A stretch of DNA of 64,000 nucleotides from Patescibacteria group bacterium (GCA_035288465.1 DATEAH010000007.1:66090-130089); one strand, 5' to 3'. Positions 47,417 to 58,290 are shown, counted from the stretch's first letter. Notes: generated by a model not told the origin, from the sequence alone. Translations and numbers: made by a program.

Positions 47417-48628
47417 ATGCTCTTGAAGAATTTTTTGACAAAAACTATGCAAACTATGAGCAAAATTGTGCTTTATGTTTTTCTCATAGTTTTTTTATTT
47501 CCGCAATATACTGCTGCAGATTCAATTCAGGATAAACAAAGAGAACTGCAGAATATTCAATCTCAAATTGATCAGCAGCAAAAGCTCTTAAATCAAAAAT
47601 CCGGCGAAAGAAGAACCTTGGCAGGTCAAGTTTCATCAATGGATGCGCAAATCAGACAGACTCAACTCTCAATTAATAAAACGCAGACTGAAATTGATTT
47701 AGCGCAGGTTGAAATTACTAAACTTAATACACAAATTGCTCAAAAGGAAAAAGAATTAAAACGTCAAAAACAAATTCTCAACGAAGCCTTGAGAGTAATT
47801 TATCAAGAAACTGACACCAGTTTTATTGAAATGCTATTTTCTTCTAATAATATTTCGCAGGTTTTGGACCAAACTGAATATTTGGGGGCAGTTGAAGGCA
47901 AAATCGAAAATACAATGGCAGAAATCAAACAAGTAAAGTCTGCCCTTGCAACTGATAAAAAAGAGCAGGAAACTAAAAAAACCCAATTGGCTGAGAAAAA
48001 AGATGAATTAAAAATAAAAGAGTCAGGTCTAAGCGGGCAAAGAAATACGCGGAATGGTTTACTGGTTGAGACAAGAGGTCAAGAGTTTGCATACCAACAA
48101 TTATTGTCACAGAGACAAATAGAATGGGAGAGATCCAACGCCGAACTGAAACGTATGGAAGCTGCTTTGTATTCGGGTGGTCCTGATAGTGGACCTGGTT
48201 ATAGTGTCCCAAATTGGCCGATGTATGGAAGAATAAGTGTCCCATATGGGGCTTGTGGGTGTGATGCATATTTTTGTGGTAAATGCCATACGGGCATAGA
48301 TATTGTTGCCAGCCCCTATACTTCAGTTAGAGCAGCAAAAGACGGGGTTGTTAAAGATACAGTTAACTCTTGCCGTGATTCTGTTGGAGATTATGGTTGT
48401 GGTGGAGGATATGGTAATCGGGTTATAATTGAACATAATGATGGTCATGTTTCAATATATGGACATTTAAGTCAGGGTTCTGTGAGGGTAAGAGTGGGGA
48501 CTAGAGTTTCTGGAGGAAAAACGGTGATTGGCTCAGAGGGTAATAGTGGTTTCTCAACCGATTTTCATCTCCATTTTGAAATTAGGAATAGGATGTGGGG
48601 ATCATCTGTAAGACCATTACTACCATAA
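47417..48628 (+). CDS. M23-family peptidase with an N-terminal coiled coil (EnvC-like, FtsEX partner)
   Basis: 403 aa. Signal/TM, a long Q-rich coiled coil and a LytM domain with HTGIDI and HLHFEI motifs plus a Cys-rich insert. Confidence 0.8.
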   Translation: MLLKNFLTKTMQTMSKIVLYVFLIVFLFPQYTAADSIQDKQRELQNIQSQIDQQQKLLNQKSGERRTLAGQVSSMDAQIRQTQLSINKTQTEIDLAQVEITKLNTQIAQKEKELKRQKQILNEALRVIYQETDTSFIEMLFSSNNISQVLDQTEYLGAVEGKIENTMAEIKQVKSALATDKKEQETKKTQLAEKKDELKIKESGLSGQRNTRNGLLVETRGQEFAYQQLLSQRQIEWERSNAELKRMEAALYSGGPDSGPGYSVPNWPMYGRISVPYGACGCDAYFCGKCHTGIDIVASPYTSVRAAKDGVVKDTVNSCRDSVGDYGCGGGYGNRVIIEHNDGHVSIYGHLSQGSVRVRVGTRVSGGKTVIGSEGNSGFSTDFHLHFEIRNRMWGSSVRPLLP

Positions 48629-48696
48629 ATTTAAATATTAATTAAAAATGAATTTAAAAAAGAGGGGCAAAAACCTTTGGTTTGTGTTTTAAGTTA

Positions 48697-48725
48697 TTGA
48701 CAAAATTTGATTTTTATCATAAAAT
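48697..48725 (+). promoter_or_regulatory. near-consensus sigma70 promoter TTGACA-N17-TAAAAT
   Basis: ttgaca (48697-48702), an exactly 17-nt spacer, then taaaat (48720-48725). Predicted TSS ~48732, at the start of the hairpin-rich leader of the RT cassette. Confidence 0.55.
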
Positions 48726-48730
48726 AAAAT

Positions 48731-48975
48731 TACTCGAATTATATTTGAGTAGTGCGCAACGCACTAAAGTTGGTGTTTTTTCGCCTCCAAAATTTCTTGC
48801 CGTTTGTTACTACTACTCAACTGCGAAAATGGAGTTATGGATTATGTGATTTAAGATAATAATATTCAAAATTATTTTAATGATCAACTCACGAATTTGA
48901 AGTATGCATGGAACTGCTTTTGCCATAATCAGCCTTTAACTGCACCTCCTTTTATTAAGGCAAGAAAGGAGGTTT
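48731..48975 (+). ncRNA. candidate structured non-coding RNA / leader upstream of the reverse transcriptase (possible retron msr-msd-like region)
   Basis: No ORF. Perfect hairpins tactcga..ttgagta, gtgcg-caa-cgcac and aactc..gagtt. A long-range complement cctcc..ttcttgcc (48784-48801) pairs with ggcaagaa.ggagg (48958-48974). A 9-bp hairpin acctccttt/aaaggaggt lies at 48944-48972. Confidence 0.4.
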
Positions 48976-49098
48976 ATGAAAATTAAACTAAAAGGCTGGT
49001 TGAAAAGGTCTGGAATGATTCTCGATTTAGTTGCTAAATTATTAGCAGTGATCAAAGTCATAAAGGACCTTTTAGGGTACCGATTAATGCCCTCATGA
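48976..49098 (+). CDS. 40-aa small ORF (amphipathic helix peptide) between the leader and the RT
   Basis: RBS aaaggagg precedes the ATG. Encodes MKIKLKGWLKRSGMILDLVAKLLAVIKVIKDLLGYRLMPS. Its stop codon sits in the hairpin ccctc-atgaa-gaggg that also carries the RT RBS. Confidence 0.3.
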   Translation: MKIKLKGWLKRSGMILDLVAKLLAVIKVIKDLLGYRLMPS

Positions 49099-49111
49099 AG
49101 AGGGATTAAAT

Positions 49112-50014
49112 ATGAAATTGCAACCCATACGTTCTCAAAAAGATTTAAATGATATTTTTGATATTAACGATCAAAAAATTATTAGTCTTATTAAGCTAAA
49201 AAATAAATATAAAAAGCGATCTATCCCGAAAAAATCTGGTGGAATAAGGGTAATAACGGAGCCCGCACCCGAATTGAAATCTTTCCAAAAAAAGCTGGGT
49301 AGCTATATTTTTCGTATGAAAAAATTAAAATTCGCTTATGGTGGCGTGAAGAATAAATGCCGAGAAGATGTCGCTAAACTTCACAGATGTAATTATTTTA
49401 TTCTTAAATGTGATATTAAAAATTGTTTCCCTTCGATTAGAAAAAAAGTAGTGGTTAAAGAATTGTTGAACTTTGGTTTTACATATAAATACGCTAAATT
49501 GTTCACAGAAATAATAACTTTTGAAGGATCTCTTCCTCAGGGTGCACCTTCAAGTCCGGGCATGGCGAATTTAATATTAGATAAGATTGATAATCAAATT
49601 ATAACTGTACTACCGTTTGGCTGTAAATATTCCCGATGGATTGATGACATTATGATTTCATTTCCGAAAAAAAATCAACTAAAAATAATTAAAGACATAT
49701 CGAAAAAAATTGAGAATATAATTCATTCTAATGGTTTAAATCTGAAAGATGGGGTTTCTATTATCCTCAAGGAGCATTGCAGCGATTTACTTGGGCAATC
49801 AATATCTAAGAAGATTAATATTCCTAAAAAATGGTATAAAATTTTACGGAGTCAAGTTTATAGACTTAAAAGGGGATTTTATAAAGGTAAAGAACAAGAA
49901 AAAATAATAGCTTTAATCAAAGGTAAAATGGTATTATTAAAAAGTGTTACCGTCCATCACAAAAAACAAACTAGATATTATACGCTTAAGAAAATACTTG
50001 ATAAAATTATGTGA
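49112..50014 (+). CDS. reverse transcriptase, compact retron-type (no maturase or endonuclease domains)
   Basis: 300 aa. RT motif 1-2 KKSGGIRVITEP, motif A LKCDIKNCFPSI (D101), motif B' LPQGAPSSPGMANLIL, motif C RWIDDIMIS (W-x-DD variant). Retron-like thumb segment LLGQSISKKINIPKKWYKILRSQVY. Ends with TGA. Confidence 0.8.
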   Translation: MKLQPIRSQKDLNDIFDINDQKIISLIKLKNKYKKRSIPKKSGGIRVITEPAPELKSFQKKLGSYIFRMKKLKFAYGGVKNKCREDVAKLHRCNYFILKCDIKNCFPSIRKKVVVKELLNFGFTYKYAKLFTEIITFEGSLPQGAPSSPGMANLILDKIDNQIITVLPFGCKYSRWIDDIMISFPKKNQLKIIKDISKKIENIIHSNGLNLKDGVSIILKEHCSDLLGQSISKKINIPKKWYKILRSQVYRLKRGFYKGKEQEKIIALIKGKMVLLKSVTVHHKKQTRYYTLKKILDKIM

Positions 50015-50069
50015 CAAGCATTTTTTTAAAATTTGCCTAAAAATTAGTTTTGAGTTATAATAATAGGCA

Positions 50070-51272
50070 TTGGAGGAGAAATTGAAGTTTAGAAAAATAC
50101 TCTTGCCTATTATTTTTGTTTTGAGCCTAGGAATTTTTTATTTTCTGGGCTATTTACATGGTCACGCGAATTTAGTTTTTTCGAAAAAATTTGTCCCGCA
50201 AATTACTAATACGGAATTGGGCAAACCCAAAGATATCGATTTTTCGCTTTTTTGGGAGGTTTGGAATAAGGTTGAAGATCAATATCCGGGCAAGGTGGAT
50301 CGCAAGAAAATATTTTATGGCGCAATTTCTGGAATTTTGACAGGTTTAGATGACCCATACTCAGTTTTTATGGAGCCTGGCCAATCAAAAACATTTTTAA
50401 ATGATTTAGAGGGTATTTTTGATGGCATTGGTGTCGAAATTACGATGAAAAATAACCAAATTACGATAGTTTCCGCCCTAAAAGATACTCCCGCTTCAAA
50501 AGCTGGTTTGATGGCAAATGATATAATTTTAAAAATAGATGGCAAAGAAACGACAAACATGACGTTGGATGAAGTGGTAAATAAAATTAGAGGTGTGAAA
50601 GGAACCAAGGTAACCTTAACAATTTATCGGAATGGCAAACAAAAAGATTATACTGTGACTAGAGATAAAATTAAGGTTGAAAGTGTTAAATATGAATTTA
50701 AGGATAGTAATATCGCCTATATCAAAATTGACCAATTTGGTGATGACACCGAAGATTTATTCAACAAAGCCATCTCTGAAATCCAGCTGAAAAAACCCAA
50801 AGGAATAATTTTAGATTTAAGGGATAATCCGGGTGGATATTTAGAAACTTCAGTTAATATCGCCAGCGCCTTTATTAAAAACGGCGTGATTGTTTCTGAA
50901 CAATACAAAGGTGACAAAAAAGATGAATATAAATCAACCGGCGACGGCAGATTAGAAGGTTATAAATTAGTAGTTTTGGTTAACGGCGGTTCGGCCTCAG
51001 CTTCGGAAATTGTCGCTGGCGCGATACAAGATTTAGGCAAAGGCAAATTAATTGGCGAAAAAACCTTTGGCAAGGGTTCTGTTCAAGAACTGGAAGCTTT
51101 AAAAGATGAGGCATATTTGAGATTAACGGTGGCGAAGTGGTTGACGCCAAAAGGTAGATACATTAATTCATCGGGTATTGAACCCGATATTGTGGTTGAA
51201 ATGACCCAAAAAGATATTGACGCTGATCGAGATCCGCAATTAGATCGCGCATTATCAGAAATTAAAAAATAG
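50070..51272 (+). CDS. ctpA: carboxyl-terminal processing protease (S41, CtpA)
   Basis: 400 aa. PDZ domain and the S41 catalytic region GGSASASEIVAGAIQD ... K. TTG start. Confidence 0.9.
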   Translation: MEEKLKFRKILLPIIFVLSLGIFYFLGYLHGHANLVFSKKFVPQITNTELGKPKDIDFSLFWEVWNKVEDQYPGKVDRKKIFYGAISGILTGLDDPYSVFMEPGQSKTFLNDLEGIFDGIGVEITMKNNQITIVSALKDTPASKAGLMANDIILKIDGKETTNMTLDEVVNKIRGVKGTKVTLTIYRNGKQKDYTVTRDKIKVESVKYEFKDSNIAYIKIDQFGDDTEDLFNKAISEIQLKKPKGIILDLRDNPGGYLETSVNIASAFIKNGVIVSEQYKGDKKDEYKSTGDGRLEGYKLVVLVNGGSASASEIVAGAIQDLGKGKLIGEKTFGKGSVQELEALKDEAYLRLTVAKWLTPKGRYINSSGIEPDIVVEMTQKDIDADRDPQLDRALSEIKK

Positions 51273-51322
51273 ATTTTATAAAATCAGAAAGGATATAGTT
51301 ATTTTTAGCTATTTTTAAAAAC

Positions 51323-51880
51323 ATGAAAAAAGCACATAAAAAAATTGAAGTGGTTTTAATTTCAGAAGTGGAAAAACTTGGCCAAAAAGGTGAGAAAATT
51401 TTAGCTGCCAAAGGGTATGTTCAAAATTATTTGATTCCTCAGCAAAAAGCAATTTTAAGCACTGATCCCAGAGCGGTTAAATTGCTAGAAGAGGCGGCGA
51501 AAAAACAAAAATTGCGGGAAGCTGAAATTGCCAAAGCCCGCGAAATTGTTGAAAAAATTTCCAATTTTCGCCTTAAAATGATGGCAAAAGCAACAAAAGA
51601 CAGCAAAAAAATATTTGGATCAATCACCGCAGACCAAATCTTGAAAGAGATTTCAAAAAACGTTAAAATTGAATTGAAAAAAGCGAAATTAATTGGCAAG
51701 CTACCGATTAGAAATATTGGAAATTTTGCACTAACTCTTCAACTCACACCTGACGTTGAAACAAAAGTGAACATTAGCGTGGAAGCGGAAAAAGCGGCAA
51801 AATCAGCCAAAACCAAAACTGCCGGGAGTTTAAAAAAGGTCAAAAAAGCCACAAAAAAATCAAAAAGTAAGAAAAAATAA
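51323..51880 (+). CDS. rplI: 50S ribosomal protein L9 with a Lys-rich C-terminal extension
   Basis: 185 aa. N-domain VVLISEVEKLGQKGEKILAAKGYVQNYLIPQQKAI matches the L9 consensus. Confidence 0.8.
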   Translation: MKKAHKKIEVVLISEVEKLGQKGEKILAAKGYVQNYLIPQQKAILSTDPRAVKLLEEAAKKQKLREAEIAKAREIVEKISNFRLKMMAKATKDSKKIFGSITADQILKEISKNVKIELKKAKLIGKLPIRNIGNFALTLQLTPDVETKVNISVEAEKAAKSAKTKTAGSLKKVKKATKKSKSKKK

Positions 51881-51907
51881 AATATTTTATAAAATTTAAG
51901 GAGGGGC

Positions 51908-53404
51908 ATGGAAAACTCTCAGGACAATAATCCGAACAATATTATTATTAATCCTGGTAATAATCCTCCCAACCAAGCGCCAGCTCCGACGCCCATGTCG
52001 GTTCCAGCGGCCCCAAATCAGCCTCCAACCTATATTAATCAAGGTCCGGAAAATGCACCTGAAACAATGACGCTGGCTCCAGAAAAAAAGAAAAAAAGTT
52101 GCTTAGGTCGGATTTTATTAATTATTTTATTATTAATTATTTTAGTTCCGACAGGTTTAGTATATGCGACTGAAATTGGGAAACTTAATATTGGTTTAGA
52201 TAAATATTACAATCGATATGGTTTGGAAAAATTATGGAAAGGGATGCCGATTTATCCGCCCCTTGCCTTAGCCGAAGTCATCAAAAAAGAACAAATAGTC
52301 AGCGGTGTTCATTTTTCAGGTCAACTAAAGATTTCCGGAAGTATCCTGAACCAAATTTCAACAGCGAAGAAAAAGACTCAGCCTAAAAACACCAAAGGCC
52401 AAGTTTTGGGAGAATTAACTTCTCAATCAATTATTGAAATGTCTTTGTCTGGAGATATAATACCACCGGATAAAAGCAAAGCCGAATTATCGACAAATTT
52501 TGGACAAAAATTATCCAAAATATATTTTAATGATAAGACCAAAATTACTGCACAAACAATTACGAGCAATAATAAATTATATATCAAATTTTCTGATAGT
52601 TTTTTAACCCCAGGATTGGCGCAAAATAAATGGCAGGAAATTGATTATAATCAATATATGATTTATCTAAAATCAGTTTCATCAGATGACGCCAATAAAG
52701 AATTTTTACAAGATGTTAAAAAATCAATAAAATCATACCAACGAACAATCACAGTTGTGAATCAAGTGCCAGTCTACCAATATCGGGTAGTCCTTGATAA
52801 AAATATTCTAAAAAGTCAACTTGGAATAGATTTTACTTCCGATCCAATTATTGAAATAAGTATCGGCAAAAATGATCATTTAATCTATCAACTGAAATTT
52901 TCTGGCGAGGGGGGGAATGCCCAAGCGATGACCAAAGAAGAACTGATGATTAATTTTTCCGATTATAATAAACCGGTTGTAATTTCAACCCCTAATGAAA
53001 AAGATGTTGAAAAACATAGTTTTGAGAGTTTAGTAATTAATTTTATCACGAACGGAGCTATTAATACTCAAACCAAAAACCAAAATTCGTCGGCATCGAG
53101 GGATGCTACTAGAAAAACTGACTTAGCCTCAATTTCCGCAGCTTTAAAATTATATCATCAGGATAATGGTCAGTATCCGATTGCTGCGACCAATGAGCGA
53201 ACAGATAGCGCCAACAGTGTTTTGGCTTCGGCTTTGGTTGATAAATACTTAAGCTCGATACCGAAAGATCCACAAACGCCCGACCATTATTATGGATATA
53301 AATCTGATGGGGAGAGTTTCCAATTAAGCTGTATTTTGGAAAATACTTCAGATTCTGCCGGTAAAAAAGTTGGGAATTTATTCTTATATATAATGACCAA
53401 ATAA
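51908..53404 (+). CDS. hypothetical membrane protein with a C-terminal pilin-like globular domain
   Basis: 498 aa. Pro/Asn-rich N-terminus, one TM. The C-terminal SRDATRKTDLASISAALKLYHQDNGQYP ... IPKDPQ matches the conserved post-helix region of the type IV pilin at 54925 (RDAVRLTDMRTIQTALELYFETFGQYP). Confidence 0.5.
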   Translation: MENSQDNNPNNIIINPGNNPPNQAPAPTPMSVPAAPNQPPTYINQGPENAPETMTLAPEKKKKSCLGRILLIILLLIILVPTGLVYATEIGKLNIGLDKYYNRYGLEKLWKGMPIYPPLALAEVIKKEQIVSGVHFSGQLKISGSILNQISTAKKKTQPKNTKGQVLGELTSQSIIEMSLSGDIIPPDKSKAELSTNFGQKLSKIYFNDKTKITAQTITSNNKLYIKFSDSFLTPGLAQNKWQEIDYNQYMIYLKSVSSDDANKEFLQDVKKSIKSYQRTITVVNQVPVYQYRVVLDKNILKSQLGIDFTSDPIIEISIGKNDHLIYQLKFSGEGGNAQAMTKEELMINFSDYNKPVVISTPNEKDVEKHSFESLVINFITNGAINTQTKNQNSSASRDATRKTDLASISAALKLYHQDNGQYPIAATNERTDSANSVLASALVDKYLSSIPKDPQTPDHYYGYKSDGESFQLSCILENTSDSAGKKVGNLFLYIMTK

Positions 53405-53439
53405 TATTGAAATAATTTTATGAATTAGCAGGAGGAAAA

Positions 53440-53994
53440 ATGATTGCTTTATGGGTGATTTTGGGGGTAGTTTTAGTTTTGGTCGTTTGGGTAATTGCAA
53501 TTTTTAATGGTTTAGTAGTTTTGAAAAACAGGACAAAAGAAGCTTGGTCTGATATTGATGTGCAGCTCAAAAGACGCTATGACCTAATTCCAAATTTGGT
53601 TGAATCAGTCAAAGGCTATGCAAAACATGAAAAAGAGCTATTTGAAAAAGTTACCAAAGCTCGCGCTGAGGCAATGTCAGCTGAGGGACCAGCCGAACAA
53701 GCGCAAGCTGAAAACGCTCTTTCAAAAACCTTAAAGAGTATTTTTGCCGTAGCTGAAAATTATCCGCAACTTCGAGCCTCAGAAAATTTCCAAAAATTGC
53801 AAGATGAGCTAACTGATACTGAGAATAAGATAGAAGCGGCTCGCAGATTTTACAACGCGAATGTTAGAGATCTGAACATCAAAATCGAAAAATTTCCAGA
53901 CAATGCGGTGGCTGGTATGTTTGGCTACAAGCAAATGGAGCTTTTTGAATTAGAAGAACCAGCCGCGCGAGAATCAGTTAAAGTCAAATTTTAA
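53440..53994 (+). CDS. lemA: LemA family protein
   Basis: 184 aa. N-terminal TM and the LemA consensus ([31 protein letters not shown]). Confidence 0.85.
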   Translation: MIALWVILGVVLVLVVWVIAIFNGLVVLKNRTKEAWSDIDVQLKRRYDLIPNLVESVKGYAKHEKELFEKVTKARAEAMSAEGPAEQAQAENALSKTLKSIFAVAENYPQLRASENFQKLQDELTDTENKIEAARRFYNANVRDLNIKIEKFPDNAVAGMFGYKQMELFELEEPAARESVKVKF

Positions 53995-53999
53995 TTACT

Positions 54000-54884
54000 A
54001 TGTATCAACAAATCGATTCTAATAAACGAAGAACTGTCTTATTGATGGGACTATTCCTAATTTTTATAATTGGGATTGGTTTTGTATTTGCTCAGATATA
54101 TAATAATTATTTTATTTTAGTGGCAGCAGTTTTATTCTCGTTATTTCAGACTTTAATTTCTTATTATTATTCCGACCGAATCACTTTAGCCATTTCTCGA
54201 GCAAAACCAGTTTCCAGAACAGAGCCATTTTTAGAATTGCATCGTTTAGTAGAAAATTTAGCGATTACTGCCGGTTTGCCAAAGCCCAAAATTTATCTAA
54301 TTTCCGATTCGGCGCCAAATGCCTTTGCCACCGGTCGCGATCCCAAACGCGCGGCGATAGCAGTCACGACTGGGTTATTAGGCAAGTTAAATAAAAATGA
54401 ACTTGAAGGTGTGATTGCACATGAATTATCGCATGTGGGAAATTATGATATTCGGCTGATGACAATCGTGGTGGTTTTGGTGGGCGTGGTGGCTTTATTG
54501 TCGGATTGGTTTTTGAGGTGGAGTTGGTGGGGAGGTGGACGCCGCAATAATAATGAGGGAGGGCAAATTGGGGCAATTTTACTTTTAATTGGAATTATTT
54601 TAGCCATTGTGGCGCCAATTGCCGCCACTTTGATTCAATTGGCAATTTCCAGGAAAAGGGAATTTTTAGCTGATGCCTCGGGCGTATTATTAACGCGATA
54701 TCCGGAAGGATTAGCCGAGGCTTTGGAAAAAATATCAAAAGATCCCGAGCCATTAGAAGTGGCAAACCGCGCCACAGCGCATTTATATTTTGCCAATCCC
54801 CTTAAAAATAAAAAGGTATCGAGCCTATTTTCGACGCATCCACCCGTGGAGGAACGGATTAGGGCTTTGCGAAAAATGCTTTAA
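54000..54884 (+). CDS. htpX: zinc metalloprotease HtpX (M48)
   Basis: 294 aa. HELSHV zinc motif, 4 TM and a C-terminal THPPVEERI. Confidence 0.85.
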   Translation: MYQQIDSNKRRTVLLMGLFLIFIIGIGFVFAQIYNNYFILVAAVLFSLFQTLISYYYSDRITLAISRAKPVSRTEPFLELHRLVENLAITAGLPKPKIYLISDSAPNAFATGRDPKRAAIAVTTGLLGKLNKNELEGVIAHELSHVGNYDIRLMTIVVVLVGVVALLSDWFLRWSWWGGGRRNNNEGGQIGAILLLIGIILAIVAPIAATLIQLAISRKREFLADASGVLLTRYPEGLAEALEKISKDPEPLEVANRATAHLYFANPLKNKKVSSLFSTHPPVEERIRALRKML

Positions 54885-54924
54885 TCTTTTATAATATAAT
54901 TAGATTAATCTTTATCGAGGAAGA

Positions 54925-55446
54925 ATGAAAAAGAGGGGTTTTACTTTAATTGAACTTTTGGTGGTAATCGCCGTAATTGGGATCATTGCAATAATAGTTT
55001 TGGCGAGTCTGGGGAGTGCGCGAAAAAAAGCTCGTGATGCCGTTAGATTAACTGATATGCGCACAATTCAGACCGCATTAGAATTATATTTTGAAACATT
55101 TGGGCAATATCCGATCTATGACAATACGGGATGTGCTGGTTGGGATACTGGAAACCAGCTTTACCCCTTATTGCAAGATAAATTAACCCAAATCGATTCT
55201 CACCCTCTGCCAGTAGATCCGACGGGAAAAGTGGCTTGTTCTGGTTATTATTATTACCGATATCCAGCTGGTCAGATGAGCTGTCCGGCTAACAAAGGTG
55301 CTTTTTATGTTTTAGGCATTAAAGACATGGAATCATCTGGCAATCCGCACCCCTCGAATCCTGGTTTTAAATGCGGAATCCGTAATTGGCAAAATGAAAT
55401 GGAGTATTTTGAATGGGTGACTGGTAAATTTTCCGCAGATCATTAA
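54925..55446 (+). CDS. type IV pilin (prepilin-type N-terminal cleavage/methylation domain)
   Basis: MKKRGFTLIELLVVIAVIGIIA: a class III signal with the G/FTLIE cleavage site. The globular domain has two Cys pairs. Confidence 0.8.
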   Translation: MKKRGFTLIELLVVIAVIGIIAIIVLASLGSARKKARDAVRLTDMRTIQTALELYFETFGQYPIYDNTGCAGWDTGNQLYPLLQDKLTQIDSHPLPVDPTGKVACSGYYYYRYPAGQMSCPANKGAFYVLGIKDMESSGNPHPSNPGFKCGIRNWQNEMEYFEWVTGKFSADH

Positions 55447-55453
55447 TTTATTT

Positions 55454-55703
55454 CGTAGAGGCTATTAAATCTGTTTAGTTTTAGGCAGATTTTTTTATTT
55501 GAAAGACTTGATTTTTATTATCAAATGCACTATTATTATATTAATTCAAGTTGAGATCCAAATCGTGTCCAGGTAATCTTGTTTCGGAAAGAAAACGCTA
55601 AATATTACATCTCTGATTTAAATGAGTTATTCTTGCGTGCGGCTTATGTTTCAGTTTTATGCTAAATCTTGTTGTTTTTTCACGTTTGTTAATAGCCTCG
55701 ACG
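55454..55703. repeat. 15-nt inverted repeat (cgtagaggctattaa / ttaatagcctcgacg, 14/15) enclosing a ~220-nt AT-rich spacer
   Basis: Arms at 55454-55468 and 55689-55703. A pilin terminator (atctg..cagat plus T7) lies just inside the left arm. Confidence 0.4.
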
Positions 55704-55745
55704 GATAAAATCAATCAAGCATCGTACTGAAGGAGGCACGAGGAG

Positions 55746-56048
55746 ATGTATCCAATCCCCAACGAAGACCAGAAATGGTTGATGAAACACGGTAGGCAAG
55801 ACGAGCAAGGCAATTGGTGGTGCAAGCAAACAGGCGCCCTCATACAAATGGTTATAATTAATCGCTCAATTTGGATTCAGCCCTTTATGGGCGGAGGCGG
55901 TGACGTTAGACGCGTTGGGCATCTTTGTTGCGAGAGATGCAATCCCAATCGTATTTTTCCACAAAATGGAACCCCGATTTATGAAGACGATCTTTATGAC
56001 CCCGAACAACAGATTCTTGAGACGCCACCCACTGTAGTAGTATCCTAA
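55746..56048 (+). CDS. hypothetical small Cys/Trp-containing protein
   Basis: 100 aa. Strong RBS gaaggagg. Markedly GC-richer than the neighbouring DNA. WWCKQTG ... HLCCERCNP putative metal-binding cysteines. Confidence 0.4.
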   Translation: MYPIPNEDQKWLMKHGRQDEQGNWWCKQTGALIQMVIINRSIWIQPFMGGGGDVRRVGHLCCERCNPNRIFPQNGTPIYEDDLYDPEQQILETPPTVVVS

Positions 56049-56177
56049 TTCATAGATTTTAAACTTTCCAAATTTGGGCAACTTTTCAATAAATTAAGAA
56101 AGGTTGCCTTTTTTTCTTGTTTTTTGAGTCAAAAATCAATATAATGAAAGAAATAAATAGTAAACAGTTAGCAGTAA

Positions 56178-58220
<2,043 letters not shown>

Positions 58221-58260
58221 AAAAAGAGAGGCGGTCCTCGGAAAATTAATTTGATAACTT

Positions 58261-58281
58261 GGTGAGGATTCACCTCTTTTT
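58261..58281 (+). terminator. intrinsic terminator ggtga-ggat-tcacc plus tcttttt
   Basis: Downstream of ligA. Confidence 0.4.
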
Positions 58282-58290
58282 GAATTTTTA

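Noticed and set aside
49112-50014. Group II intron or DGR interpretation of the reverse transcriptase
   Set aside because: At 300 aa it has no maturase/X or endonuclease domain. No domain V-like GAGC..GUUC hairpin lies downstream. Motif B' is QGxxxSP, not the DGR-type variant. No template/variable repeat pair was seen nearby. A retron-like or other stand-alone RT is more parsimonious.
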